Source: an uncultured Bacillota bacterium | Lineage (GTDB): Bacteria > Sysuimicrobiota > Sysuimicrobiia > Sysuimicrobiales > Segetimicrobiaceae | Assembly: GCA_963804645.1 (NCBI GenBank) | Contig: CAWDRG010000009.1 | Coordinates: 648,314 to 712,313 of the forward strand | Length of the DNA: 64,000 nt | Direction: 5' to 3' | Shown here: one piece after another, positions 18,755-27,340 of the stretch | Layout: each line of letters begins with the position of its first letter | Numbering within the stretch: the first letter of the stretch is position 1 | Translations under genes and position numbers: made by a program | The notes under the pieces: generated by a model | Seen by the model: the letters and a program-made list of their open reading frames with translations, nothing else | Told to the model about the DNA's origin: nothing | The model's database searches: none

Positions 18755-19416
18755 CCGGTGCCGCGCAGGATCGCCCGCATCTCATCGCGGGACACGAGGA
18801 GATAGTCGAACCACGGCGTCGCGTAGCGCCGGTACCGGACCCTGATCCGCGCCTGCCCCGGCAGTCTGCCGCGGCGCCTGTTCGCGCGGTGATACGCGCG
18901 ATGGGCCGGATTGTCGGTGTCGTGGGGGTCGAGACTCTCCGCGAGAATGCGGGCGTCCGGATCCGTGATCGCGTGCAGCCGCGCGAGCAGCCGCCGCGCC
19001 CGCGCGCGACTTCCAAAGAGCCCGAAGTTGTTGCCGAGCATGAGGACGGTGCCGAACGTCCCGAGCGACGGGCCGACGTCGCCGATGGACAGGACCCTCA
19101 CGTGTCTGAGCCCGCGGCGGCGGCACACCGCGACGGCGAGCGGGGACACGTCGATGCCGAGCACGTCGAGCCCGCGGCGCTGGAGATAGAGGGCGTGCCG
19201 GCCGGCTCCGCAGCCGATGTCCAGCACCCGGCCCCGCGCGAGCCGCACGGCCTGCCGGTGGCGCGGCGGCCAGTCGCGGTACTCGGCGAGGAACTGCTCG
19301 CGTCCGCCCGAGATATCGACGTAGCCGTCGTCGCGCTCGATCACCTCGTACCCGCGGCCACGGCCCCGTAGGTAGTCGCGGAGCGCGTGGCCGAAGGCGT
19401 CGTGCGTGTCGCGCAT
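18685..19416 (-). CDS. class I SAM-dependent methyltransferase
   Basis: VLDIGCGAGRHALYL (motif I) and the following motifs are conserved. 243 aa. Confidence 0.8.
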   Translation of the reverse strand: MRDTHDAFGHALRDYLRGRGRGYEVIERDDGYVDISGGREQFLAEYRDWPPRHRQAVRLARGRVLDIGCGAGRHALYLQRRGLDVLGIDVSPLAVAVCRRRGLRHVRVLSIGDVGPSLGTFGTVLMLGNNFGLFGSRARARRLLARLHAITDPDARILAESLDPHDTDNPAHRAYHRANRRRGRLPGQARIRVRYRRYATPWFDYLLVSRDEMRAILRGTGWTATRFLPPRGPLYVALITKAR

Positions 19417-19449
19417 CCGGAGTCTCGCGTCCTCGGGCGTGTCGGCGGG

Positions 19450-19632
19450 TCAGTCGGGCGGCACGAACCGATAGACGGGCTCGAGCATCCTCGACGCGTC
19501 GTCGGGCCGGAGGCGCGCCATCTGCGCCTTGATCATCGCCACCCGTTCGTAGATCGCGTCGGCGTCGGCGTCGTCGAGGCGCAGGCCCTGCTGCGCGGCC
19601 TCGGCCGCGAGCCACTCGCGCGTGAAGGACGT
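19450..19632 (-). CDS. GatC-like small protein (60 aa), putative small subunit partner of the upstream amidase
   Basis: MTSFTREWLAAEAAQQGLRLDDADADAIYERVAMIKAQMARLRPDDASRMLEPVYRFVPPD. Its ATG overlaps the amidase stop (ATGA). Helix-loop architecture and the ...LEPV... tail resemble GatC/AtzG-type subunits. Confidence 0.5.
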   Translation of the reverse strand, partial: TSFTREWLAAEAAQQGLRLDDADADAIYERVAMIKAQMARLRPDDASRMLEPVYRFVPPD

Positions 19633-21024
19633 CATGCGGTCACCTCCAGGGCGGGACGCCGTGTGTGCCATTCGGTGTGCTGCTCGTACGCGCGGCCGAT
19701 CCGGAGCAGCGTCGTCTCGTCGAACGCCTTGCCGACGAGCTGCATCGCGACCGGCAGCCCGCCGGCCGTAAACCCGCAGGGCACGCTGAGCGCCGGATGT
19801 CCGGTCAGGTTGAAGGGGATCGTGAACTTGCCGATGTCCGCGGGAGGCCCGGCCGCCTCGACCTCCAGCGTAAACGCCGGCGCCGGCATCGTCGGGGTGA
19901 CGATCGCGTCGACGCGCCGGAGCGCCTGCGAGAGGTCCTGACACCACAGGGCGCGGATCTGGGCGGCCTGCTGATACTCCGCGGCGGTGAAGAACGCGCC
20001 CGACGCGATGCGCCGGCGTGCGCGGGGTCCGTACTCCTCCCACTGCCGCCGCATCCGCGGGCGCGTGCACGCCGAACGCCTCCGCGGCGAGCAGCAGCCA
20101 GCCGGCCGGGGCGGCGTCCGCGGCGCGCGGCAGGTCGACGGGCTCGACCCGGGCGCCCAGCTCCTCGAGGCGCGTGAGCGCCGCGCGCACGAGGCGGCCG
20201 ACCTCCGGATCGATCTGGTCGTAGAAGTACTGCGCCGGCACTCCGAGGGTCAGGTCCCGCACGCCCGCGTCGATGTCCGCGGCGTAGTCCGGCACCGGCC
20301 GGCCGGACGCGGTGGGATCGAGCGGGTCCGGGCCTGCCATCGCCCGGAGCAGGACGGCGCAGTCCGCGACCGAGCGGGCCATCGGTCCGACGTGGTCCAT
20401 GCTCCAGCTGAGCGGGAACACGCCGTGCCGGCTGACCCGTCCGTAAGTGGGTTTGAGCCCGACGATGCCGCAGTAGCTCGCGGGCCCGCGGATCGACCCG
20501 CCGGTGTCGGACCCCGTCGCGAGGATCGCGAGCCCCGCCGCGAGCGCGTTCCCGGATCCGGCGCTCGAGCCGCTCGTGTACCGCGACGTGTCCCAGGGAT
20601 TCCGGGGAACGCCGAAGACGTCCGTGCCGCCGGTGGCAAACTCCGTCGTGTTGGTCTTGCCGAGCAGGATCATGCCCGCGTCCGCGAGCCGCCGCACGAC
20701 GGTCGCGTCCGCGTCCGGCACGAAGTCCAAGAGGGTCCGCGAGTGGCACGTCGTCCGGATGCCCCGCGTGAAGATGATGTCCTTCTGGGCGACCGGCAGC
20801 CCGTGCAGCGGGCCCCGCCGGCGGCCGGCGGCGATCTCCCGCTCGGCCTCGCGCGCGTCGCGCAGCGCCGTCTCCCCGCACACCGTGATGTAGCTGTGGA
20901 GCGTGTCGTTGTAGTGCGCGATCCGCTCGAGCAGCGCCGTCACGATCTCGACGGGCGAGAGCGAGCGGCGCTCGATGCGGTCACTGAGCTCGACCGCCGA
21001 CAGGTAGCACAACTCGGAGTCCAT
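19632..21024 (-). CDS. amidase-signature family amidase (GatA-like) paralog 1; reading frame interrupted by an apparent +1 frameshift near 20055-20064
   Basis: N-terminal 350 aa (MDSELCYLSAVELSDRIERRSLSPVEIV...GSDTGGSIRGPASYCGIVGLKPTYG) are in the track frame 19450..21114. The C-terminus (RRQWEEYGPRARRRIASGAFFTAAEYQQA...VGKAFDETTLLRIGRAYEQ) is in frame 19632..20054. Deleting one G in CCGCGGGCGC would join them as ...AFGVHAPAMRRQWEEYGP.... GGGGAGGG lies upstream of the ATG at 21024. Confidence 0.7.
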
Positions 21025-21164
21025 CGAATCCCTCCCCGGGGGCGCGGCGATCCGCGGTGCGTCTTCTCCCGCCGTGATTCTCCTCGCGGCCCCGCGCTTC
21101 CCCCGCCCGCTCACCGTAGGAACGTGCGCGCGCCGCGTGGAACGTCAGGCGGGTTAGCGCGTTC

Positions 21165-21653
21165 ATGTCGTGGGACCCTCGGAGGCGCATCGTGTCCGAA
21201 GTAGAACGAAAGCTCCAGGCGATGGGGTTGACGCTCCCCGACGCTCCGGCGCCGGTGGCCAACTACGTCCGCGCCGTGCAGGTCGGCGACCTCGTGTTCT
21301 TGTCGGGCCACGGTCCGACCAAGGACGGCGCGGCGGCGTATCGGGGCAAGCTGGGTCGGGAATTCTCGGTGGCGGAGGGCTACGAGGCGGCGAAGCTCGT
21401 GATGCTCAACTGCCTCGCGTCGCTCAAAGAGGCGATCGGCGATCTCGACCGGGTCCGGCGCATCGTGAAGCTGCTCGCGATGGTGAACAGCACGCCCGAC
21501 TTCGTCCGGCAGCCGGAGGTGATCAACGGCGCGTCCGATCTGCTGGTCGCCCTCTACGGGGATCGCGGTCGGCACGCGCGGTCGGCGGTCGGCATGGTCG
21601 CGCTGCCGTTTGACATCCCGGTCGAAATTGAGATGATCGTCCAGGTCTCCTAG
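21165..21653 (+). CDS. RidA/YjgF-family protein (reactive-intermediate deaminase)
   Basis: YjgF-fold motifs (VFLSGHGP, ...SAVGMVALPFDIPVEIEMIVQVS at the C-terminus). The start is uncertain (the Met at 21222 is an alternative). Divergent from the amidase. Confidence 0.75.
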   Translation: MSWDPRRRIVSEVERKLQAMGLTLPDAPAPVANYVRAVQVGDLVFLSGHGPTKDGAAAYRGKLGREFSVAEGYEAAKLVMLNCLASLKEAIGDLDRVRRIVKLLAMVNSTPDFVRQPEVINGASDLLVALYGDRGRHARSAVGMVALPFDIPVEIEMIVQVS

Positions 21654-21674
21654 GCCGGCGCGCGCGCGGCGCGA

Positions 21675-22916
21675 TCAGGCGAGGTGCGCGCGGTGCAGGA
21701 CGGCGTAGATCGCCCCCATGAGCTGCCCGATGTGGTCGTCGTTGCGGCCCGGGATCGAGGTGGGCTGGCTGTTGAGGCCCACGGCGATGATCGTGCCGGT
21801 GGTCGGCACGTAGGCGTAGAGCACGCGGTAGCCGAGCGTTTCCCCCTCGTAGAACCACACGGTGCCCGTCTCGGCCGTCGTCACCTGCGCCACCCCGAGT
21901 CCAAAGCCCCGGGGGTCCCGGAGCGTCGTCGTCACGATCGGGGCGCCGGTGTTGGTCGAGACGATGCGCAGCAGCTCGCGGCGCTGCGCGGGGGCGAGCG
22001 CGGGGCCTTCGTACAGCGCCCGGACCCACGTCGTGAGGTCTTCCATGGTCGAGACCATGCCGCCCGCGCCCTGCGCCCACGACAGGCTGAGCGCGCTCAC
22101 GTCCCGGCCGATCAGTGACGCCGCCGGCCGCAGCGACGGATCGTCGTTGAAGTAGTATCCCGCCACCAGGCGCGCCATCACGGCCGGCGGGTAGTGGCTC
22201 GGGCTGTAATACGTCGCCCGCAGGCCGAGCGGCCCGAGCAGCCGGCGGGTCAGCTCGTTCGTGTAGGTGTCGCCGGTGGCCTTCTCGACGATCATCTGCG
22301 CCATGATGTAGTTGGTGTTGGAATAGACCCAGCCCGGTCCCCGAGGCGGCGCCGGTCCGACCGCCGGGTAGGAGAACGCCACGAGCTCCGCGGGCGTCCA
22401 GTCGGTGTCCGGCCCGCTCCCCAGCGCGCTGATGAACTCCGGCGTGTCGTCGTAGGTGGGAATGCGGGTGGTCATGTCGAGCAGGCTCCGGATCGACATG
22501 TCCTTCCACGCCGGGTACTGCGGCAGCCAGCGGCCGAGGTGGTCGTCGATGCGCAGCGTTCCCTCCGCTTCCAGCTGCAGCAGCATCACGGCCGTGAACG
22601 CCTTCGTGTTGCTGCCGATCTGAAAGAGGTCGCCGGGCGCGACCGGCGCCCCGCCGCCGATCCGGGTCCGGCCGGCCGTGACGTTGATGTTCGTCGAGGC
22701 CCCGCGCACGCTGACGCTCAGCGACGCCGCGGAGATGTGCTCGATCGCCGAGCGCGTGGCCAGATAGTGGTCGAGCGTCTGCTGCAGCGCGGGGAGCACC
22801 GCGCGGGTGTCCGCCCCGGCGCCCGAGCTCCGGCCCGGCGCGAGCGTCACCACGAGCAACGCGGCGATCGCGAGCACCGGGGCCAGCGCCCGGCGGTGGC
22901 GCCCGCGGGCGATCAT
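21675..22916 (-). CDS. serine hydrolase of the beta-lactamase / transpeptidase-like family (class C beta-lactamase / D-aminopeptidase type), secreted
   Basis: MIARGRHRRALAPVLAIAALLVVTLAP signal peptide. SxxK active site as FQIGSNTKAF, plus YSNTNY (YxN). The track ORF 21675..23282 was trimmed to M123. Its start overlaps the thrC-like stop. Confidence 0.8.
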   Translation of the reverse strand: MIARGRHRRALAPVLAIAALLVVTLAPGRSSGAGADTRAVLPALQQTLDHYLATRSAIEHISAASLSVSVRGASTNINVTAGRTRIGGGAPVAPGDLFQIGSNTKAFTAVMLLQLEAEGTLRIDDHLGRWLPQYPAWKDMSIRSLLDMTTRIPTYDDTPEFISALGSGPDTDWTPAELVAFSYPAVGPAPPRGPGWVYSNTNYIMAQMIVEKATGDTYTNELTRRLLGPLGLRATYYSPSHYPPAVMARLVAGYYFNDDPSLRPAASLIGRDVSALSLSWAQGAGGMVSTMEDLTTWVRALYEGPALAPAQRRELLRIVSTNTGAPIVTTTLRDPRGFGLGVAQVTTAETGTVWFYEGETLGYRVLYAYVPTTGTIIAVGLNSQPTSIPGRNDDHIGQLMGAIYAVLHRAHLA

Positions 22917-24049
22917 GCAACCCCTCCGAGGGCCAGGCTCTGGATGACCGCGCTCGCCTTGAGGCCCGAGCCGGTGAGGATCAGGACCGTCGCGCCCTCG
23001 AGGGCGCCGTGCGCGCGGCGCAGCTCGGTGAGGCCGGCGTACGCGACTGCGGTGGTGGGCTCGACGAACAGGCCGCGGCGCCCGAGGTCCGCGAGCGCGC
23101 CGGGGATGGCTTCGTCGGCGACGCGGACGATCGTGCCGCCGCTCTCGCGGACCGCCTCGAGCAGCGCCCGCCAGCGCAGCGGCGAGGCGGTCGCGATCCC
23201 CTCGGCGAGGAGGCCGGGCCGCGGCCGCACCGCGGGCAGGTGGTCCAGGTTGCGGTGGAACGCCTCGTAGAGCGGCGCGCACGCGTCGCTCTGCACCGCG
23301 ACGAGCGCCGGCAGCCGATGAATGCGTCCGGACGCGAACAGCTCGCGAAATCCCTTCGCCAGCCCGAGCAGCATCGTGCCCTGCCCGACCGGCAGCACCA
23401 CGCGGGCCGGGGCGCCGTCAAGCTGCTCCGCGATTTCGAACGCCGTGGTCTTCAGCCCCTCGGCGTAGTAGGGATCCCACGCGTGGCTCGCGTAATACGC
23501 GTGCTCCGCGGCCGCGATCGCCGCGTCCCCCACGGCGGTGCGATCTCCGGGAACCGGCACCACCTCGGCCCCGTAGGTCCGCATCTGCGTGAGCTTGGCC
23601 GCGGACGCCGCCGCGGGCACGTAGACGGTGCACCGGATCCCGGCAACCGCGCAGTACGCCGCCATCGATGCGCCCGCGTTGCCCGAGGAGTCTTCGATCA
23701 CGTGCCGGAGTCCGAGATGGCGGAAGCGCGTCACGACGACCGAGGTCCCGCGGTCCTTGAACGCGCCGGTCGGCGCCTCGTACTCGACCTTGGCGTAGAG
23801 GCGGTCGGGTTCCCCGCCCACGGGGACGAGCGGAGAGCCGCCCTCGCCGAGCGAGACCGGCTCGACCCCGTCGGGCGCGGGCACGCTGTCGCGGTACCGC
23901 CACAGGCCCTGGCCCGGGCCGGGCCCTGTGAACCGGACGGTGTGCGCCACGCTCAGGAGGCCGCCGCAGCGGCACCGCCACACGCAGTCCTCGTAATGGT
24001 AGGTGGCGCCGCACGATTCGCACCGGCGGTCCCACCGTGCGTCACTCAT
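22913..24049 (-). CDS. threonine-synthase-like PLP enzyme (fold-type II) with N-terminal Cys4 zinc-ribbon
   Basis: MSDARWDRRCESCGATYHYEDCVWRCRCGG zinc ribbon. PLP lysine context EAPTGAFKDRG. GGAGGAG lies 4 nt upstream of the ATG at 24049. Confidence 0.75.
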   Translation of the reverse strand: MSDARWDRRCESCGATYHYEDCVWRCRCGGLLSVAHTVRFTGPGPGQGLWRYRDSVPAPDGVEPVSLGEGGSPLVPVGGEPDRLYAKVEYEAPTGAFKDRGTSVVVTRFRHLGLRHVIEDSSGNAGASMAAYCAVAGIRCTVYVPAAASAAKLTQMRTYGAEVVPVPGDRTAVGDAAIAAAEHAYYASHAWDPYYAEGLKTTAFEIAEQLDGAPARVVLPVGQGTMLLGLAKGFRELFASGRIHRLPALVAVQSDACAPLYEAFHRNLDHLPAVRPRPGLLAEGIATASPLRWRALLEAVRESGGTIVRVADEAIPGALADLGRRGLFVEPTTAVAYAGLTELRRAHGALEGATVLILTGSGLKASAVIQSLALGGVA

Positions 24050-24178
24050 GTGCTCCTCCACTCGGAACCTGCGCTGCTCCGCCCCGCCCCGCTACTTTCG
24101 CAGGGACGGCGGGGTCTCCTTGGCGAAGCGCATCAGGCCAGCCCGCGGACTCGCGCCATCCTCGTGAGGTGATCGACC

Positions 24179-25369
24179 GTGGACGACCTCAACGCGCTCA
24201 AGGACCGCGTCTGCAAGGAAGTGGACGGACTCAGCGGCGATCTCGTCGCGCTCGGCAAGCGGATCTTCGAGCACCCCGAGTTTCAGTTCGAGGAGCGCCA
24301 GGCCTGCGCGTGGCTGACCGAGTTCCTGAAGGCGGCCGGGTTCGCGATGGAGGGCAACATCGCCGGAATGGAGACCGCGTTTCGCGGGACCGTCCGCGGC
24401 TCGCGGGCGCGCCCGCACGTGGCGCTGCTCGCGGAGTACGACGCGCTGCGCGGGCTCGGCCACGCGTGCGGCCACAACCTGATCTGCACCGCCAGCGTCG
24501 GCGCGGCGGTCGCGCTGCACCGCGCCGTGCCCTCGCTGCCCGGGACGCTGACGATCCTCGGCACCCCCGCCGAGGAGGGCGGCGGCGGCAAGGTGATCAT
24601 GGCCGAGGCGGGCATCTTCGAGGGCATGGACGCCGTGATGATGTTTCACCCGTCGCGCTCGAACTGGTGGGCGCGCGGCGCGCTCGCGTCGCAGCGCCTC
24701 ACGGTCAAGTTCCACGGCAAGTCCTCGCACGCGGCCGCGATGCCGGAGCGCGGCATCAACGCGCTGAACGCCCTTCTCCTCACGTTTCACGCGATCGACT
24801 CCCTCCGCCAGCACGTGACGAGCGACGTGCGCATCCATGGGATCGTCACCAAGGGCGGCGACGCGCCGAACGTCGTGCCCGAGTACGCGGAAGGGCGGTT
24901 CAGCATACGCGCGGCGACGCGCAGCGCCCAGCGGGAGGTCATGGTGAAGGTGAAGCGGTGCGCGGAGGGTGCGGCGATCGCGACCGGCGCCCGGGTGGAG
25001 ATGGAGACCGGCCACACCTACGCGGAGCGCAACAACAGCCCGGTGCTCGTCGGGTTCTTCGGGGAGAACCTCGCCCGGCTCGGCGTCGAGGGCGAGGAGC
25101 CGCCGAAGTCGGGCGGCATCGGGTCCTCGGACATCGGCAACGTCAGCATGATCTGCCCGACGATCCATCCGTACCTCTCGATCGTCGACGGCGACGTGGC
25201 CGGCCACACTCCTGAGTTTCGAGAGGCGGCCGGCTCGGACCAGGGGTACCGCGCGATGCTGAACGCGGCGAAGGGGCTGGCGATGACGACCCTCGACGTG
25301 ATGTACCGGCCGGGCGCCGCCGACACCGCCTGGACGGCGTTTCGGGCGAGCGTCGGCGCGGCGACCTGA
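24179..25369 (+). CDS. M20D-family amidohydrolase/peptidase paralog 2
   Basis: GTG start with GAGGTGA upstream. Same HACGHN / GTPAEE architecture as 10654..11835. Confidence 0.85.
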   Translation: MDDLNALKDRVCKEVDGLSGDLVALGKRIFEHPEFQFEERQACAWLTEFLKAAGFAMEGNIAGMETAFRGTVRGSRARPHVALLAEYDALRGLGHACGHNLICTASVGAAVALHRAVPSLPGTLTILGTPAEEGGGGKVIMAEAGIFEGMDAVMMFHPSRSNWWARGALASQRLTVKFHGKSSHAAAMPERGINALNALLLTFHAIDSLRQHVTSDVRIHGIVTKGGDAPNVVPEYAEGRFSIRAATRSAQREVMVKVKRCAEGAAIATGARVEMETGHTYAERNNSPVLVGFFGENLARLGVEGEEPPKSGGIGSSDIGNVSMICPTIHPYLSIVDGDVAGHTPEFREAAGSDQGYRAMLNAAKGLAMTTLDVMYRPGAADTAWTAFRASVGAAT

Positions 25370-25388
25370 GTCCCGCGGAGCGCACCCG

Positions 25389-26855
25389 CTAGGCGGATCC
25401 GCGCGGCGCCGGCATCGGGGGGCGCCGGGTGTGCCAGTCCGTCGCGTCCTGGAACGCGCGGCCGAGATCGATCAGCGTCGCGTCCTCGAACGGTCCTCCC
25501 ACCAACTGGACCGCGGCCGGCAGGCCCGAGGTGCTGAAGCCGCAGGGCAGCGACAGCCCCGGCAGCCCCGCCAGATTCCCCGCGGGGGTGAGCGCGGCGT
25601 TGCCGCGCGCCGGCGGGAACGCCGGACCGGTGCGGGGCCGTTTGCCCGCGCGCGCCGGCCGCCACTCCGGATCGATCGGCTCGTCGACCCGCGGCGCGGG
25701 ACCCGGACGGGCCGGGGCGAGCAGGACGTCGACCTCGGTGAAGATGTGGGCGAACGCCTCCTGCAGCAGCCGGCGGACGCGCATCGCGTTCAGGTAGTCC
25801 CGGGCGGACACCTCGAGGCCCGCGACGAGGCCGAGCGCCTGCCGCTGGTCGGCCAGGTCCTTGAGGCGCGGGCTGTCGATCAGGTCCTGGAAGATCGTCG
25901 ATCCCTCGGCGCGGATGACGATCCTCGCCGCTGAATCGATCGGCAGCGGCGGGAGCGACACCTGGCGGAGACGCACCCCGAGCCGGCGGAACTCCCGGAC
26001 CGCCCCGTTGAGCGCGTCCCGGATCGACGGGTGGGCGGTCTCGTCGAAGTCCACCGGCGCGTAGCCGACGCGCAGCTCCGACGGTTTGCGGGGTCGCCGG
26101 TGCATCTCGAACCCGCGTCCGGCCGTTCCCGGGTCGCGCGGGTCGCCGCCCGCGATCGCCTCGAGCACGAGCCCGCAGTCCTCCGCGGTGCGGCACATCG
26201 GGCCGATCTTGTCCATCGTCCAGGCAAGCGCCATCGCGCCGTAGCGGCTCACGAGGCCGTAGGTCGGGCGCAGGCCGGTCACGCCGCAACTCGACGACGG
26301 CGAGAGGATCGAGCCCGAGGTCTCCGAGCCGATGCCGAACGGGACCATGCCGCCGCCCACCGCGGCCCCGGTGCCGCTCGAGGAGCCGCCGGTCCAGTGG
26401 TCGCGATTCCACGGGTTGCGCGCCGGTCCCGTCAGCGACGCCGACGGCCACCGATAGCCCCCTCCGCCCGCCAGTTCGATCATCGCCAGCTTGGCAGCGA
26501 GCACGGCTCCGGCACGTCGAAGCGACGTAATCACCGCGGCGTCGTAGTCGAAGATCTGCCGGGCAAATGGCGGCGCCCCCCAGGTTGTCGGGACGCCGCG
26601 GAGCGCCAGCAGGTCCTTCGCGCCGTACGGAATGCCGGTGAGGGGGCCTGCGCCGCGGGCGGCCCGCAGCCGGCGGTCGGCGGCCCGGGCCTCGCGCAGC
26701 GCGTGCTCGGGGAGCATCCGCGCGACGGCGTGGTAGCTCCGTCCCACGGTAGACAGGCGGTCGAGCGCGAGCCGCGTCAGTTCCATGGAGGAGATGCGCC
26801 GGCGCCGGAGCGCGCGGTGGAGCTCGCCGATCGTGGCGTACAGCGGATCGTTCAC
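25389..26855 (-). CDS. amidase-signature family amidase (GatA-like) paralog 2, intact
   Basis: GIGSETSGSILSPSSSCGVTGLRPTYG catalytic Ser-cisSer-Lys region. The full C-terminus (LPAAVQLVGGPFEDATLIDLGRAFQDATDWH) is in one frame. The track ORF extends to 27056 with an unlikely Arg/Pro-rich leader; it was trimmed to the GTG at 26855 (VNDPLYATIGELHRAL). The start is uncertain. Confidence 0.75.
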   Translation of the reverse strand: MNDPLYATIGELHRALRRRRISSMELTRLALDRLSTVGRSYHAVARMLPEHALREARAADRRLRAARGAGPLTGIPYGAKDLLALRGVPTTWGAPPFARQIFDYDAAVITSLRRAGAVLAAKLAMIELAGGGGYRWPSASLTGPARNPWNRDHWTGGSSSGTGAAVGGGMVPFGIGSETSGSILSPSSSCGVTGLRPTYGLVSRYGAMALAWTMDKIGPMCRTAEDCGLVLEAIAGGDPRDPGTAGRGFEMHRRPRKPSELRVGYAPVDFDETAHPSIRDALNGAVREFRRLGVRLRQVSLPPLPIDSAARIVIRAEGSTIFQDLIDSPRLKDLADQRQALGLVAGLEVSARDYLNAMRVRRLLQEAFAHIFTEVDVLLAPARPGPAPRVDEPIDPEWRPARAGKRPRTGPAFPPARGNAALTPAGNLAGLPGLSLPCGFSTSGLPAAVQLVGGPFEDATLIDLGRAFQDATDWHTRRPPMPAPRGSA

Positions 26856-27340
26856 GGCAGCGTCCTGAACACGGAGGCCGGTTCGAGCGCGACCGCGATC
26901 GGGGCCTCGCGCAGGGTCCGGCCGGATAGGCCCTGCAGGCGGATCACCTCGCGGAGTTCTCCGCCCGCGGCGGGCCGCGCGCGGCGCGCGGGTCTGCGCC
27001 TGCGGGTGAGGGGCTTCGGTGCGCGTGAGCGTCGGCGTGTCGTCATGCCGGTTCACTACTACGCCGCGGTGGCGTTGTCCTATGCCCGCGGCTCTGAGCG
27101 TCCTCGGGTGCCGGCGTTCGCGAGACCCTGCGCTATACTGAAGGGTGAATTGACAGCCACCGCGGAACTGTCGTCGTCGAGACCGCCCTCGCCCGCCACA
27201 CGCGAGGCACCCTGCCGCGCTCGGCTGGGTTAGACCCCGTGCCGCTCGCGTCGGCCCACCGACGTCCTCGCGCGCCGCGGGGATCGCGGGGCGCGCCGGA
27301 TCCGCCGTGGGCTGACGCCGGAGAGGAAGGATCCCGAGCC

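Noticed and set aside
19632-21114. Calling amidase paralog 1 a definite pseudogene
   Set aside because: The disruption is a single-base frame change inside a G/C run, with both halves otherwise perfectly conserved, and a downstream coupled ORF is retained. A sequencing or assembly error is at least as likely as true inactivation. It was reported as a CDS with a noted frameshift.
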